Source of the DNA: Methanofastidiosum sp.
GTDB lineage: Archaea > Methanobacteriota_B > Thermococci > Methanofastidiosales > Methanofastidiosaceae
Assembly: GCA_040771805.1 (NCBI GenBank)
Contig: JAXGZJ010000001.1
Coordinates: forward strand, 830,796-894,795
Direction: 5' to 3'
Length of the DNA: 64,000 nucleotides
Shown piece after piece: positions 10,502 to 20,174 of this stretch (its first letter is position 1; the number at the start of each line of letters is the position of its first letter). The notes beneath the pieces are model-generated. The model saw only the letters and a list, made by a program, of their open reading frames with translations. It was not told the DNA's origin and did not search any database. Position numbers and translations under genes: made by a program.

Positions 10502-10554
10502 AAATCAAAAGGATAATTAAAGTTTATAAATGAAACTACAATAGATTATAATTA

Positions 10555-11649
10555 ATGGAGTTATGTGAATTCATTGAAGGTAAAGCTACAATAAAGGTAC
10601 CAAAATTTGAAAAAGTCACGGCTAGAACACCAGTTTTTTATAATCCTAAAATGGTTTTTTCAAGAGATATTTCTATTTCAGTCTTGAATACACTAAAGCT
10701 AAAAGAATCAGAAAAAGTAATTGATGGACTTTCTGGTTCAGGCATTAGAGGGATAAGATATATTCTTGAGTCAAACTCAGACGTTTACTTTAATGATCAT
10801 AATCCTATAGCGACAAAACTAATCGAAAAGAATCTTAAGTTAAATTCTCTTGAGGCCACTGTAACAAAATCAGATTTTAATCATGTTCATGGAAAATTTG
10901 GAGTTGTAGATATAGATCCATTTGGGTCTCCTGTGAGATTTCTAGACGGCGCATTTAGAATATTAAAAAATGATTCTTACTTATTCTTGACTGCAACTGA
11001 TACTTCTGCATTGACCGGTGCCCATATATACTCTTGCAGAAGAAAGTATGATTCAAAACCACTAAACTGTAGCTTTACACATGAACTTGCTGTTAGAATA
11101 TTAATAGGAAAAGTTGTCAGAAATGCAGCAAAATATAATTTAGCAGTAAGACCAATATTATCCTATACAAAGGAGCACTTTATAAGGGCTTATTTTGAAG
11201 TGAAGCGTGGCAAAGAAAAGACAAATAAAACGCTTAACAATATTGGATTTGCATTAAAGTGCAAATGTGGATTTAGGGAAACCTCTAATTTTTTCATTCC
11301 AGTTTGTCCAAATTGCTCTGAGAAGGTATTGTTCTCACACCCTATATGGGTATCAAATATTAAAGACAGTGGATTTGTTAAAAAGTGTGTGAAAGAGTAC
11401 GAATCAGAAAATTTTTTAAGCGATAAACCTCTAAATCTGCTGAAAACTATCGAGGGTGAAATTGATGTACCCCTGTTTTATGATATCCACGAACTTTCTC
11501 ATATTTACAAAATCAAAATTCCAAAAACAGAAGAAATTATTAAGGAATTAAAAGAGTTGGGTTTTGATGCATCAGCTACTCATTTCTCTCCCGTGTCCGT
11601 TAAAACTAATGCCGATATTAATAATGTTTTGAGGTGTCTATATGAATAA
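10555..11649 (+). CDS. trm1: tRNA (guanine26-N2)-dimethyltransferase
   Basis: VFYNPKM...RD, SGSGIRGIRY and DIDPFGSP motifs characteristic of Trm1; C-terminal Cys cluster. Confidence 0.85.
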   Translation: MELCEFIEGKATIKVPKFEKVTARTPVFYNPKMVFSRDISISVLNTLKLKESEKVIDGLSGSGIRGIRYILESNSDVYFNDHNPIATKLIEKNLKLNSLEATVTKSDFNHVHGKFGVVDIDPFGSPVRFLDGAFRILKNDSYLFLTATDTSALTGAHIYSCRRKYDSKPLNCSFTHELAVRILIGKVVRNAAKYNLAVRPILSYTKEHFIRAYFEVKRGKEKTNKTLNNIGFALKCKCGFRETSNFFIPVCPNCSEKVLFSHPIWVSNIKDSGFVKKCVKEYESENFLSDKPLNLLKTIEGEIDVPLFYDIHELSHIYKIKIPKTEEIIKELKELGFDASATHFSPVSVKTNADINNVLRCLYE

Positions 11650-12196
11650 AATTAATTTTGGAAGGTTGTTAATTATTATTTCAATAATTGGATTGATATT
11701 CTCTATTTCAATGTCCTCTTTGATACTGATTAATCTAAATGATGTCTATGAAAAAAGTGTTCCTATTTTTGATAAAATAGATATTATAAAAGCTCATGTA
11801 GATAATTTTGATGAAAATTTAGAGGAATTCAATCATCACCTAAAAGATGTTAATACAAAAGATTATATGCATAAGCTAACTAATATGAGGTCATTAATTA
11901 TTACTTTAAACTCCTTTGGACTTGGCAGCTTAGTTTCTGGAATAAATGAAGATATATCCAGATTAGAGGATGTATTAAATAATTTAGAAAAGCTAAAACT
12001 TAATCTAGATTCTGCTAGAAACGATTTTTCACAAATTAAGACATCACTTATAGAGTACGATGCTGTCAAAAAAAACATAATTGATTTTATAAGAACCCTT
12101 AGGATTTATGTTACCGGAATGATGATTTATTTGATTACCTTAAATGGATTATTGCTATATGTGGGATATTACTTTTTTTTAAAATCAAAAGAATAA
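11642..12196 (+). CDS. Hypothetical membrane protein (N- and C-terminal TM helices, central coiled coil)
   Basis: Hydrophobic N- and C-termini; start overlaps trm1 stop (translational coupling). Confidence 0.45.
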   Translation: MNKINFGRLLIIISIIGLIFSISMSSLILINLNDVYEKSVPIFDKIDIIKAHVDNFDENLEEFNHHLKDVNTKDYMHKLTNMRSLIITLNSFGLGSLVSGINEDISRLEDVLNNLEKLKLNLDSARNDFSQIKTSLIEYDAVKKNIIDFIRTLRIYVTGMMIYLITLNGLLLYVGYYFFLKSKE

Positions 12197-12197
12197 A

Positions 12198-12701
12198 CTA
12201 TAAAAATTTTTCAAATCTGTCTTTCTTTGCCTTGCATATAGGACATATTTCTGGCGGTCCATCCCTAGCACACAAATACCCACAAACTTTACATCGCCAA
12301 ATTGGATATTTTAGGGAAGATGTGATTTCGATCTTACTTTCTTTTTGTTTTATTTTTTCTTTCTCCGTGAGTCTTCTATCAGGGATAGAAACTAGTTCCT
12401 TTTTACCGTTGAGAACATCTTGAGAAACATATAATGCACAATAGCAAGTTCCATATTCTTCTAAATCAGAATCCCTGTAATCACAAGGGCAAATTATATC
12501 TAGATCTTCATCCTTTACTCCGCTAGAGATTCTGCATGGGCATGCTTGGTAGCTATATCTGTCCTGATTTACTAAGAGTCCCTTAACAAGTTTTTTAGTA
12601 AAATTTGTGTCAGGATTTAATTGATACCCTCCGGCTTCCGCATCTTTTTTTAATTTTTCATAAAATTTATTAATTCTATCTTCAGGCATATCCTCATACA
12701 T
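12198..12701 (-). CDS. Ferredoxin:thioredoxin reductase-like catalytic protein fused to a C-terminal rubredoxin domain (FDR-type disulfide reductase)
   Basis: CPC...CPC...CYC cluster (ACPCRISS, ICPCDYR, CYCAL) like the FTR catalytic subunit, plus CKVCGY...CPIC rubredoxin-like knuckles. Confidence 0.6.
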   Translation of the reverse strand: MYEDMPEDRINKFYEKLKKDAEAGGYQLNPDTNFTKKLVKGLLVNQDRYSYQACPCRISSGVKDEDLDIICPCDYRDSDLEEYGTCYCALYVSQDVLNGKKELVSIPDRRLTEKEKIKQKESKIEITSSLKYPIWRCKVCGYLCARDGPPEICPICKAKKDRFEKFL

Positions 12702-12985
12702 TAAGATAAAGCCTCCTTTATTTCAGTCGCTTTGAATCCGACAATAGTTTTGTCATTATTAATCACTAATGTAGGAAAAGAGCAATTTTTATTATATTTT
12801 CTCACTTCATCTATGGCATATTGCTTTGTGTCCCCTTGCAATAGGTCTACATAAATAAACTTGAATTCAATTCCTAATTCTTTTAGAAGATCTTTTGTTT
12901 TTTCACACCAAGCACAAGTGCTAAGTGCATATAATTTTATATCTCCTTTATTTTTTCCTTTGACAAGTTCAAAAATAAGTTCCAT
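12701..12985 (-). CDS. Glutaredoxin/thioredoxin-like small redox protein
   Basis: CAWC CxxC motif in a ~90-aa protein; stop/start overlap with the downstream FTR-like gene. Confidence 0.6.
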   Translation of the reverse strand: MELIFELVKGKNKGDIKLYALSTCAWCEKTKDLLKELGIEFKFIYVDLLQGDTKQYAIDEVRKYNKNCSFPTLVINNDKTIVGFKATEIKEALS

Positions 12986-13065
12986 TTTCTAACCTCTTAT
13001 ATATGAAACAATAATAACTTATAATATTTAAAGCATATCATTATTTATTATTAGTTGAAGCATGC

Positions 13066-14196
13066 TCAATTTTCATTGTAGGGTCCTAAAAAAATTCTGA
13101 GATTTTTAAGTGATTTAATTTTATCTTCATTACCAATCTTAGCCTCTTTTATGGCGTTAGACAATATTTCTGCAGCATCATTCATACCTTTTCTGTTAAC
13201 TGGTCTTGGTACACCATCTTTACCGCCAAAAGCAAATGAATATTTTACAGGATCCTTCCAAGACAAGGCAGCTCCGTAAATAAGTTCAGATATTAATGCT
13301 AATCCCTTAATTGTAGATCGCCCCACACCCTTAAAAGCAAGAATGTCTTCAAAGTTATTTAAATCTGCTTCATAAATATCCCTTAAGATATTCCAGTTTA
13401 CTCTTTTTGGTAAAACAGCCACGTCAAAATTATGACTAGTATTTATAATATTTGATTCATCAATAAAAGACATGAGGGAGGTCTGATTAATATCAGTTAA
13501 CGATTCTATCAATCTTTGAACTCTACTAGGCCCTTCCTTAAGGATATCAGGTATTATATCTCTTGCTTCAGCACTATCTTTAGAAGTAAGATCTAATGTT
13601 TTTATTTTGATTATATCAGAAACAATACCCGTATGAGGCTCTTCAATGTAATTGCCAATTCTATTTGACCAATGATATCTTCTTGCGTAACCTCCCTCTA
13701 CGTTTAATCCTTGCTGCACTACGCTCCATCCGCCCTTGTCAGAAAAAATCGTAACATGATGATACAAATCAAATCCATCTTGGATTGCTGCACTATCAAT
13801 TTTTGCAGTGATTTTGCTTGTGTATTGCAATTCCTTTATTTTTTTGTCAGATAATCCAAATTGAGATCCGATCATTTCAATATCTAGGAGAGTATTTTTT
13901 GAATTTTTTCCTTTACCTCCTGCAAATCCAATCCCAAATTCTTCAGGATCAATAGAACTTTTTAAAACTCCAGTAAGGACTGTTGTAGTCCCAGAAGAAT
14001 GCCAGTCAAATGCTAGCACACATGACAGCGCTTGAAAAAAGAAAGGGTCTGATAACCTTTCCAATAATCCTTCTGTTCCGTATTCGTAAATAAGAATTTC
14101 TAGTATGGGCTTTGACAATTTTTTCATTCTTTTTAGGAGCCAGTAGGGCGCTTTACCACCATGTAAAGGAAGATCCATAGATCCAGAGTGTCGCAT
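13066..14196 (-). CDS. Conserved hypothetical protein with C-terminal helix-hairpin-helix (possibly DUF763)
   Basis: LPLHGGKAPYWL N-terminal motif; HhH-like LAFKGVGRSTIKGLALI near C-terminus. Confidence 0.4.
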   Translation of the reverse strand: MRHSGSMDLPLHGGKAPYWLLKRMKKLSKPILEILIYEYGTEGLLERLSDPFFFQALSCVLAFDWHSSGTTTVLTGVLKSSIDPEEFGIGFAGGKGKNSKNTLLDIEMIGSQFGLSDKKIKELQYTSKITAKIDSAAIQDGFDLYHHVTIFSDKGGWSVVQQGLNVEGGYARRYHWSNRIGNYIEEPHTGIVSDIIKIKTLDLTSKDSAEARDIIPDILKEGPSRVQRLIESLTDINQTSLMSFIDESNIINTSHNFDVAVLPKRVNWNILRDIYEADLNNFEDILAFKGVGRSTIKGLALISELIYGAALSWKDPVKYSFAFGGKDGVPRPVNRKGMNDAAEILSNAIKEAKIGNEDKIKSLKNLRIFLGPYNEN

Positions 14197-14291
14197 GTTT
14201 TGTAATTAATTTTTATTTAAATAAGGTTTTAGGTGATATTTGTATTTTTAATTTAAGAAAAAATAATTCAGTTTCTACTAAATAATTAATC

Positions 14292-15332
14292 TTAGATAGC
14301 AAGAACTTTGATTTCTCTTGAAATAACATCAATTGGATTCTCGAATTTAGAGAGTATTTTCTTGTTATTATCATGGTAGATGTCTAAATTTTTATCCTTT
14401 TCTATAAATCTGGTAATTTTTTCCGGATCCAATAGGTGAATTTTAAGCCCCTGTTCAATCATTTTCTTCGTAACTGCCAAAAGTTTCTCTGGATAAGTTG
14501 TAAGGGCGGGTGTATTTAAGGCAACTGCTTCCCTATTCATACTCCCGCCAGCACTTATAACAAGGTCAGAATATTTCATAAGACTTAAGGCATCAACAGA
14601 TTCTGAGGGGATAATAACATTATCATAGTCAAACACAGACTTCTGTTCTTCAAATCTTGGAAATACTACAAACTGGTAATCTTTTAGAAACTTTGTTTTT
14701 TCAAGTATTGCCTTAATTATCGTTTTGTCTTTATTGCCATTATAATAATTTGCTTTTACAGGTTCTGGCCTCATGACAATTGTCAATTTGTCTTCTGAAA
14801 GGCCTAATTGCGAAATAAAAGAATCATCGTATTTAAAATCACTAACATTTGCAATTTCACAAAATCCGTTAAAACGAGTTACTTGACTTTCATGCACACC
14901 ATATTTTGTTATTTCTTCAAGGGGTATAGCATCTGGTGCAATTACCTTTGAAGATAACGGAAGCATAAGCTTGTTTTGGGCAATTGCAGTTTCATTGTCA
15001 AGTATGCAAATTGAGGGGATCCCAAGGCCATAAGATACTCTAGCCCCTTCAACTGAATGTTTATATATTGTCAAATCAATATCTTCACTATTGATTATTT
15101 CAGAAAGCTCAAGAATTCTTTTTGAACTTTCTATAAGTTTTGATTTTTTACAGAATCCACCATGTTTACCTACTACAGTGTGTTTTATGCCATGGAGGTC
15201 CAATAAAGAGGATAATCCATCAAAATCCCTGGAAGTGACAAAAGTTTCATATCCTTTTGACTCTAAGCTCTTTATAATTCCCTTAAAAAAATTAACATGC
15301 GGGGTATTTGATATGTCTATCCATACTTTCAT
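14292..15332 (-). CDS. Conserved archaeal hypothetical protein (DUF354-like, glycosyltransferase/epimerase-like fold)
   Basis: MKVWIDISNTPHVNFF...TSRDFDGL...GKHGG N-terminal pattern. Confidence 0.45.
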   Translation of the reverse strand: MKVWIDISNTPHVNFFKGIIKSLESKGYETFVTSRDFDGLSSLLDLHGIKHTVVGKHGGFCKKSKLIESSKRILELSEIINSEDIDLTIYKHSVEGARVSYGLGIPSICILDNETAIAQNKLMLPLSSKVIAPDAIPLEEITKYGVHESQVTRFNGFCEIANVSDFKYDDSFISQLGLSEDKLTIVMRPEPVKANYYNGNKDKTIIKAILEKTKFLKDYQFVVFPRFEEQKSVFDYDNVIIPSESVDALSLMKYSDLVISAGGSMNREAVALNTPALTTYPEKLLAVTKKMIEQGLKIHLLDPEKITRFIEKDKNLDIYHDNNKKILSKFENPIDVISREIKVLAI

Positions 15333-15515
15333 CTTTATCGAACTTCAATTCTTTTAATATGTATTTTAAAGTTTCGGGTATAATTGTTTCATCATGAAAT
15401 AAAATAAGTTTAAATTACCCTCTAAATTGATATTAAGATATTAAAACAACTTATAACAATTCCAAAGGCTCAATTATAGTATATTTAGTCATAAATAGCT
15501 TAATAACTTGTTATT

Positions 15516-15788
15516 TTACCCACCATGCGCTGTAGCAAGTATTTTTAAAATTTCACCACTTTCGATTTTATCCTCTATTGAGGTTAACATTCTATCTCCA
15601 ACCATTACAAGCATATATTCATTTATTTTATCATTGTGGATGGCGGAATTCATAAATTCTTTGTTGTATTTATTTGAGATATATTCGATTACTTCTTTGA
15701 AAGACATACTATTACAAGGTATGTCAATTTCATTTACCCCAAGAATATCTCTATATTCAGCATATATTTTTACTTTTATCATAGACAC
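15516..15788 (-). CDS. MoaD/ThiS-like small protein ending in Gly-Gly (candidate SAMP or sulfur carrier)
   Basis: 90 aa, beta-grasp size, C-terminal ...TAHGG followed directly by stop. Confidence 0.55.
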   Translation of the reverse strand: MSMIKVKIYAEYRDILGVNEIDIPCNSMSFKEVIEYISNKYNKEFMNSAIHNDKINEYMLVMVGDRMLTSIEDKIESGEILKILATAHGG

Positions 15789-15940
15789 CTATAAAAAGAG
15801 TAAATTACAATCTTTTTAAATGTTTTGAAATTTTTTATACTAGACACTTCGGATTATCAATTACTTATAGTTTTTGTATTATATGCTTCTTTCAAACGCC
15901 TTTAAAAAATTTAAAAATTATCACCTCAAAAACTTTTTAA

Positions 15941-16795
15941 ATGTATATGCTGTTATATACATTGGTGATATCAATGGTATTTTGTACAAGTTGTGGCTCT
16001 CAAAATCCCGATGGCAGTAAATTCTGTACGGGATGCGGTGCAAAATTTGGTGAAGGAAGTACAACAAATCCAGGATCCTCTGCTACTGGGGGTCAGGGGT
16101 ATGATTTTGAAATTAAAGATAAACCTGTGTTTAGTATTTTAAATGTTAATCTTAAGAGCGGGCAATCTATTGTAGCCGAAGCAGGGGCAATGGTAAGCAT
16201 GACCCCAAATGTAAGCCTTAAAACTGAAATGAAAGGGGGGCTAGGGGGGGCTTTAAAAAGAGGTGTCTTGGGAGGAGAATCTATATTTATGAACACATTC
16301 ACAAGCAATGGTCCAGGAAGTATAAGCTTTGCCCCAGGATATCCAGGAGATATAACCCATATAAAAATGAAAGGAGAAACATGGTTTCTAGAGAGAGGGG
16401 CTTATATGTGCTCTTCACCTGAAGTAGTCATAGATACTAAATTTCAAGGACTTAAGGGACTAGTTTCTGGAGAAGGTTTATTCTTCCTAAAGGCTGATGG
16501 TTTTGGAGATTTATTTATTACTAACTATGGCTCCATCATTAAAAGAGAACTAAAAGGCGAATCGTTTAAAGTGGACACTGGTCACCTTGTTGCTTTTTCA
16601 AGTGGCATTACATATAATATTGAAAAAGTAGGTGGATGGAAATCTACACTTCTAAGCGGAGAAGGATTAATAGCAAATGTTTCTGGCACTGGAACACTAT
16701 ACATACAGACAAGATGTGCCCAAGCACTTGCACAATGGCTTGTACCATTTATGCCATCGGGTGGTGCAGGAGGAAGTGGATTTAAGATAGGATAA
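15941..16795 (+). CDS. AIM24/TIGR00266-family protein with N-terminal zinc ribbon
   Basis: CTSCGSQNPDGSKFCTGCG zinc ribbon, then AIM24-like beta-rich core (SIVAEAGAMVSM, GEGLFFLKADGFGDLF). Confidence 0.55.
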   Translation: MYMLLYTLVISMVFCTSCGSQNPDGSKFCTGCGAKFGEGSTTNPGSSATGGQGYDFEIKDKPVFSILNVNLKSGQSIVAEAGAMVSMTPNVSLKTEMKGGLGGALKRGVLGGESIFMNTFTSNGPGSISFAPGYPGDITHIKMKGETWFLERGAYMCSSPEVVIDTKFQGLKGLVSGEGLFFLKADGFGDLFITNYGSIIKRELKGESFKVDTGHLVAFSSGITYNIEKVGGWKSTLLSGEGLIANVSGTGTLYIQTRCAQALAQWLVPFMPSGGAGGSGFKIG

Positions 16796-16813
16796 AGTTA
16801 TAGTTAATAATTT

Positions 16814-17128
16814 TTATTCTTTTTTTTCTATTAAGTCAATTTTTATGGGCTTCTTTACTGCAAATCCTGCCTCGGCTTCACATGCTTTTAATATTGCGCA
16901 TGGAACTGGACAGACAGCATGCAAAATATCTGCATTTTGGTAAACCGGATTAATTGGTATCTTCTTGAACACGACATCTTTATCTAATGTTTCAATATCT
17001 TCTGCAAATTTTTCAATTAATTTGCATTTGGTGTCTATTTCAACTTTAAATCCGAGTCCCTTCCTTTTCACTTTTACTTTACTAATAAATCCACAAGCGC
17101 CTGAATCAACTAATGCTTCAATCATTTC
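16814..17128 (-). CDS. Small Cys-rich hypothetical protein immediately downstream of XPB
   Basis: ORF with SGACGF and CPVPCAILKAC motifs; start set at internal Met so that it abuts the XPB stop. Confidence 0.35.
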   Translation of the reverse strand, partial: EMIEALVDSGACGFISKVKVKRKGLGFKVEIDTKCKLIEKFAEDIETLDKDVVFKKIPINPVYQNADILHAVCPVPCAILKACEAEAGFAVKKPIKIDLIEKKE

Positions 17129-18821
17129 AATCACATGTTTTAAGTATACTATCAATATTATGATCATCAACTATGACATATTTATAGCCTTGTTCTGTCA
17201 AAAATATTTGTCTGTTAGAAGAATATTCCTGATCTCTTGTATCTTTTGTAACTATTGAATAAAATTTTGCAGATGAACCGTCTTTTTTAGGTCTGAGTAT
17301 TCTACCCAATCTCTGCGCTTCCTCTTGTCTAGATCCAAAAGTACCAGAGACTTGTATTGCTACATTTGCATCAGGTAAATCAATAGCAAAGTTAGCTACT
17401 TTAGATACAACTAAAATATTTATATTACCTTTTCTAAAATCAGAATAAATCCTTTCTCTATCTTTATTGGGAATTTTTCCAGTTATTAATGGAGCTTTAA
17501 GAAATTCTGCAATTTTTTCTAGCTGTTCTATATACATACCAATTATTAAAATTCTGTCATTTTTATGGTGTTCAATTATTTTCTTTACTATGTCGTATTT
17601 AAACGGATTTTCAGCAGCTATTCTATATTTATTTCTGTCATCTGAAGTTGCATATACTATTCTTGATTTTTCAGGCATATGGGCCCTAATTTCATAGCAT
17701 ATTGCCTCTGCGATCCATCCTTGTTGCTCAAGATTTTTCCAAGGCATATCAAATTTCTTAGGCCCAATAAGGCTAAAGACATCCTTTTCTCTTCCATCTT
17801 CTCTTACAAGAGTAGCCGTTAATCCAAGTCTTCTCTTTGACTGTATATGGGCCGTTACTTGAAATACTGGAGCAGGAAGTAAATGAACTTCATCATAGAT
17901 TATTAGTCCCCAGTTTTTCTTATCAAAAATATTGAAATGGGTAAATTCTTCATCTTTTTTGCTTCTATATGTTAGAATCTGATATGTGGTTACAGTAATT
18001 TCTCTTATTTCTTTTACCTCTCCAGAATACTCACCTATTTTATCGGGAGTTATATCTGTTTTATCCAAAATTTCATCTATCCACTGTCTAACCGCAATGA
18101 CATTTGGACATGTAATTAAGGTATTAGTCTTTACTTTTGACATCACTCCCATACCAATTACAGTTTTTCCTGCACCACATGGGAGAACGATTGTTCCACT
18201 ACCTCCTTCTACTCCTCCCCCTTTATAGAAAACATTTACCGCATCTTCTTGGTATTTCCTAAGATGAAAATCTGTTCCACTTTTAGTAGTTTTTAAGAGA
18301 TTAATCTCTAAATAATCTCCTTCTTCATACCCTGCAAGATCAAGTGCAGGCCATCCAATTTTAATTAAATCTTGTTTTAAAAATCCTCTACTGTTAATAT
18401 CTACTTTAATAGTGTGAATATCAATTGAATCTAAAATATATCGTTTAATACGCTCGTTATTTTGGATTTCTTTGATTAAAATGTCATCTTGTGAAAAAAG
18501 AACTAGATCCCCGTTTACCTTCTTTAAGGATAATCTTCCAAATCTAGACATTATGTCTTTAATGTCAGTAATAACATTTGAGGGAATGTCATATCTAGAA
18601 TATTTAAAAAGGATGTTAATAACTTCTTCACTTGTCAATCCTGCAGCTGCAGCATTCCAAAGCGAAAGATCTGAAAGCCTATATGTGTGGATATGCTCTG
18701 GGCTTTTCTCAAGTTCTGAAAATCTTGAGATGTCATCTCTTGCATCTTCGTACAAGGGATTTGCAACTTCAAGGAACATTGATCTATCTCCTTGTACAAT
18801 TAAAGGTTTAGGTGCTTCCAT
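17127..18821 (-). CDS. xpb: XPB/Rad25-type SF2 DNA helicase (nucleotide excision repair)
   Basis: Walker A LPCGAGKT, DEAH-like IIYDEVHLLPA, motif VI QRLGRILR. Confidence 0.85.
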   Translation of the reverse strand: MEAPKPLIVQGDRSMFLEVANPLYEDARDDISRFSELEKSPEHIHTYRLSDLSLWNAAAAGLTSEEVINILFKYSRYDIPSNVITDIKDIMSRFGRLSLKKVNGDLVLFSQDDILIKEIQNNERIKRYILDSIDIHTIKVDINSRGFLKQDLIKIGWPALDLAGYEEGDYLEINLLKTTKSGTDFHLRKYQEDAVNVFYKGGGVEGGSGTIVLPCGAGKTVIGMGVMSKVKTNTLITCPNVIAVRQWIDEILDKTDITPDKIGEYSGEVKEIREITVTTYQILTYRSKKDEEFTHFNIFDKKNWGLIIYDEVHLLPAPVFQVTAHIQSKRRLGLTATLVREDGREKDVFSLIGPKKFDMPWKNLEQQGWIAEAICYEIRAHMPEKSRIVYATSDDRNKYRIAAENPFKYDIVKKIIEHHKNDRILIIGMYIEQLEKIAEFLKAPLITGKIPNKDRERIYSDFRKGNINILVVSKVANFAIDLPDANVAIQVSGTFGSRQEEAQRLGRILRPKKDGSSAKFYSIVTKDTRDQEYSSNRQIFLTEQGYKYVIVDDHNIDSILKTCD

Positions 18822-18908
18822 TAAAAATCACCATAATTATAATATTTAATTTAATATAGTTTTTATAAAATTCTTCAGTTAGCATTTAAAGGTTTTGGGT
18901 ACAATAAT

Positions 18909-19301
18909 TTATTTTGTCGTGAGATAAACGAGTATTAACAAAGCTAATGTTGTGAATAGGTCTGGGAGTATTATAAATGGTCCAAGACCACTTGATCTAA
19001 ATCCGCATACCGCTTGTAATATGGGGCTCGAAGTTAAAATGTTAATGAGAAATGCAAAAGAGAATATAGTTAAGCCTAATGAAAATGGAGATTTAGTTTT
19101 TCTATATATTTTTGCATAAAGAACAAACACCGCTAGGATTAATCCAATATTTATTAGAGAAATAGCATATTTTAGTTGGAATATATATCCCCTTTCCCAA
19201 ACACCACAAACTGGATATTCGCAAACTCCATTTTGAATTAATCTATTTGGAGTTAATCCTATGCCGGATAATCCTAAATATTTACTTACTTTTAAACTCA
19301 T
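18909..19301 (-). CDS. Hypothetical integral membrane protein
   Basis: Three to four hydrophobic segments; overlaps the upstream wHTH gene by 20 nt. Confidence 0.4.
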   Translation of the reverse strand: MSLKVSKYLGLSGIGLTPNRLIQNGVCEYPVCGVWERGYIFQLKYAISLINIGLILAVFVLYAKIYRKTKSPFSLGLTIFSFAFLINILTSSPILQAVCGFRSSGLGPFIILPDLFTTLALLILVYLTTK

Positions 19302-19593
19302 TAGTATCTAACCCCATATTTTTACAAATCTCATTAAAGTCATTAATGTTCCTATCAAGTAACTCTGAAGGGAAATAGGTCTTCCCGTATTTATCTCCAA
19401 CTGAAGATAAAAGACCATTTTTTTCCAATATGTTTAAATGATGCTGGACAGTTTTATATTCTATACCCGTTGCTAATGATATCCTGTTAGCATTTGAAGG
19501 ATTTGATATTACGTACTTTAATATTAAAGCCCTATTGACTCCACCTCTTGAGCCTGCTATTAGCCAAAGGAGTATTTTTTTATCTCTATCCAT
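19282..19593 (-). CDS. Winged helix-turn-helix transcriptional regulator (ArsR/MarR-like)
   Basis: ISLATGIEYKTVQHHLNILEKNGLL helix-turn-helix plus wing in a ~100-aa protein. Confidence 0.55.
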   Translation of the reverse strand: MDRDKKILLWLIAGSRGGVNRALILKYVISNPSNANRISLATGIEYKTVQHHLNILEKNGLLSSVGDKYGKTYFPSELLDRNINDFNEICKNMGLDTNEFKSK

Positions 19594-19814
19594 TTAACTC
19601 TAGTATGCTCATTTTTTTTGTTTTATATGCTTATTCTTCTTGGCTTATCTACCGAATCTCAAAAAAAATATTAAAAAAGCATATTAAAAAGATTTACCAA
19701 AATTAATACCAAGTTTTTCCCAAATTGCAATTAAAGGTAAATATGAATCATTTTATTAAAACTTTGAATTTAAATTGTTCTTACTTTGCAAAGATCTTAT
19801 TTCCATAAAGAATC

Positions 19815-20174
19815 TTAGAAGTATCCAACTCCCTCAATAGTAAGAGATATGAATTTGTATTCCTTACCTATATCTTTTAAAAGAGAGAGTAATGCCATAT
19901 GTTCTTTCCCAGTGCCTGAAATTAGATTAACATAAATTTCGTCACCGATATCTTTTGGGAGCCTATCCCTAATAGCATTTTTTATATTCTCAATTGGCAT
20001 AGAAGGATTTACTACTATCCAATCTACGTCTTTAGTAGGATTAAATTTTTCTCGTCCAAATTCATTAGTTACAATAATAATTTTATCCCAGTCTTCAGAT
20101 ATTAATCTTCCAACATGTCCCCAAGTTCCCTTGCCTGTTGATATTAAAGCGATGAGAGTTTTCATTAAATCCAT
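19815..20174 (-). CDS. Hypothetical protein
   Basis: ORF only; no recognised motif; overlaps the end of the upstream aminotransferase gene by 10 nt. Confidence 0.35.
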   Translation of the reverse strand: MDLMKTLIALISTGKGTWGHVGRLISEDWDKIIIVTNEFGREKFNPTKDVDWIVVNPSMPIENIKNAIRDRLPKDIGDEIYVNLISGTGKEHMALLSLLKDIGKEYKFISLTIEGVGYF

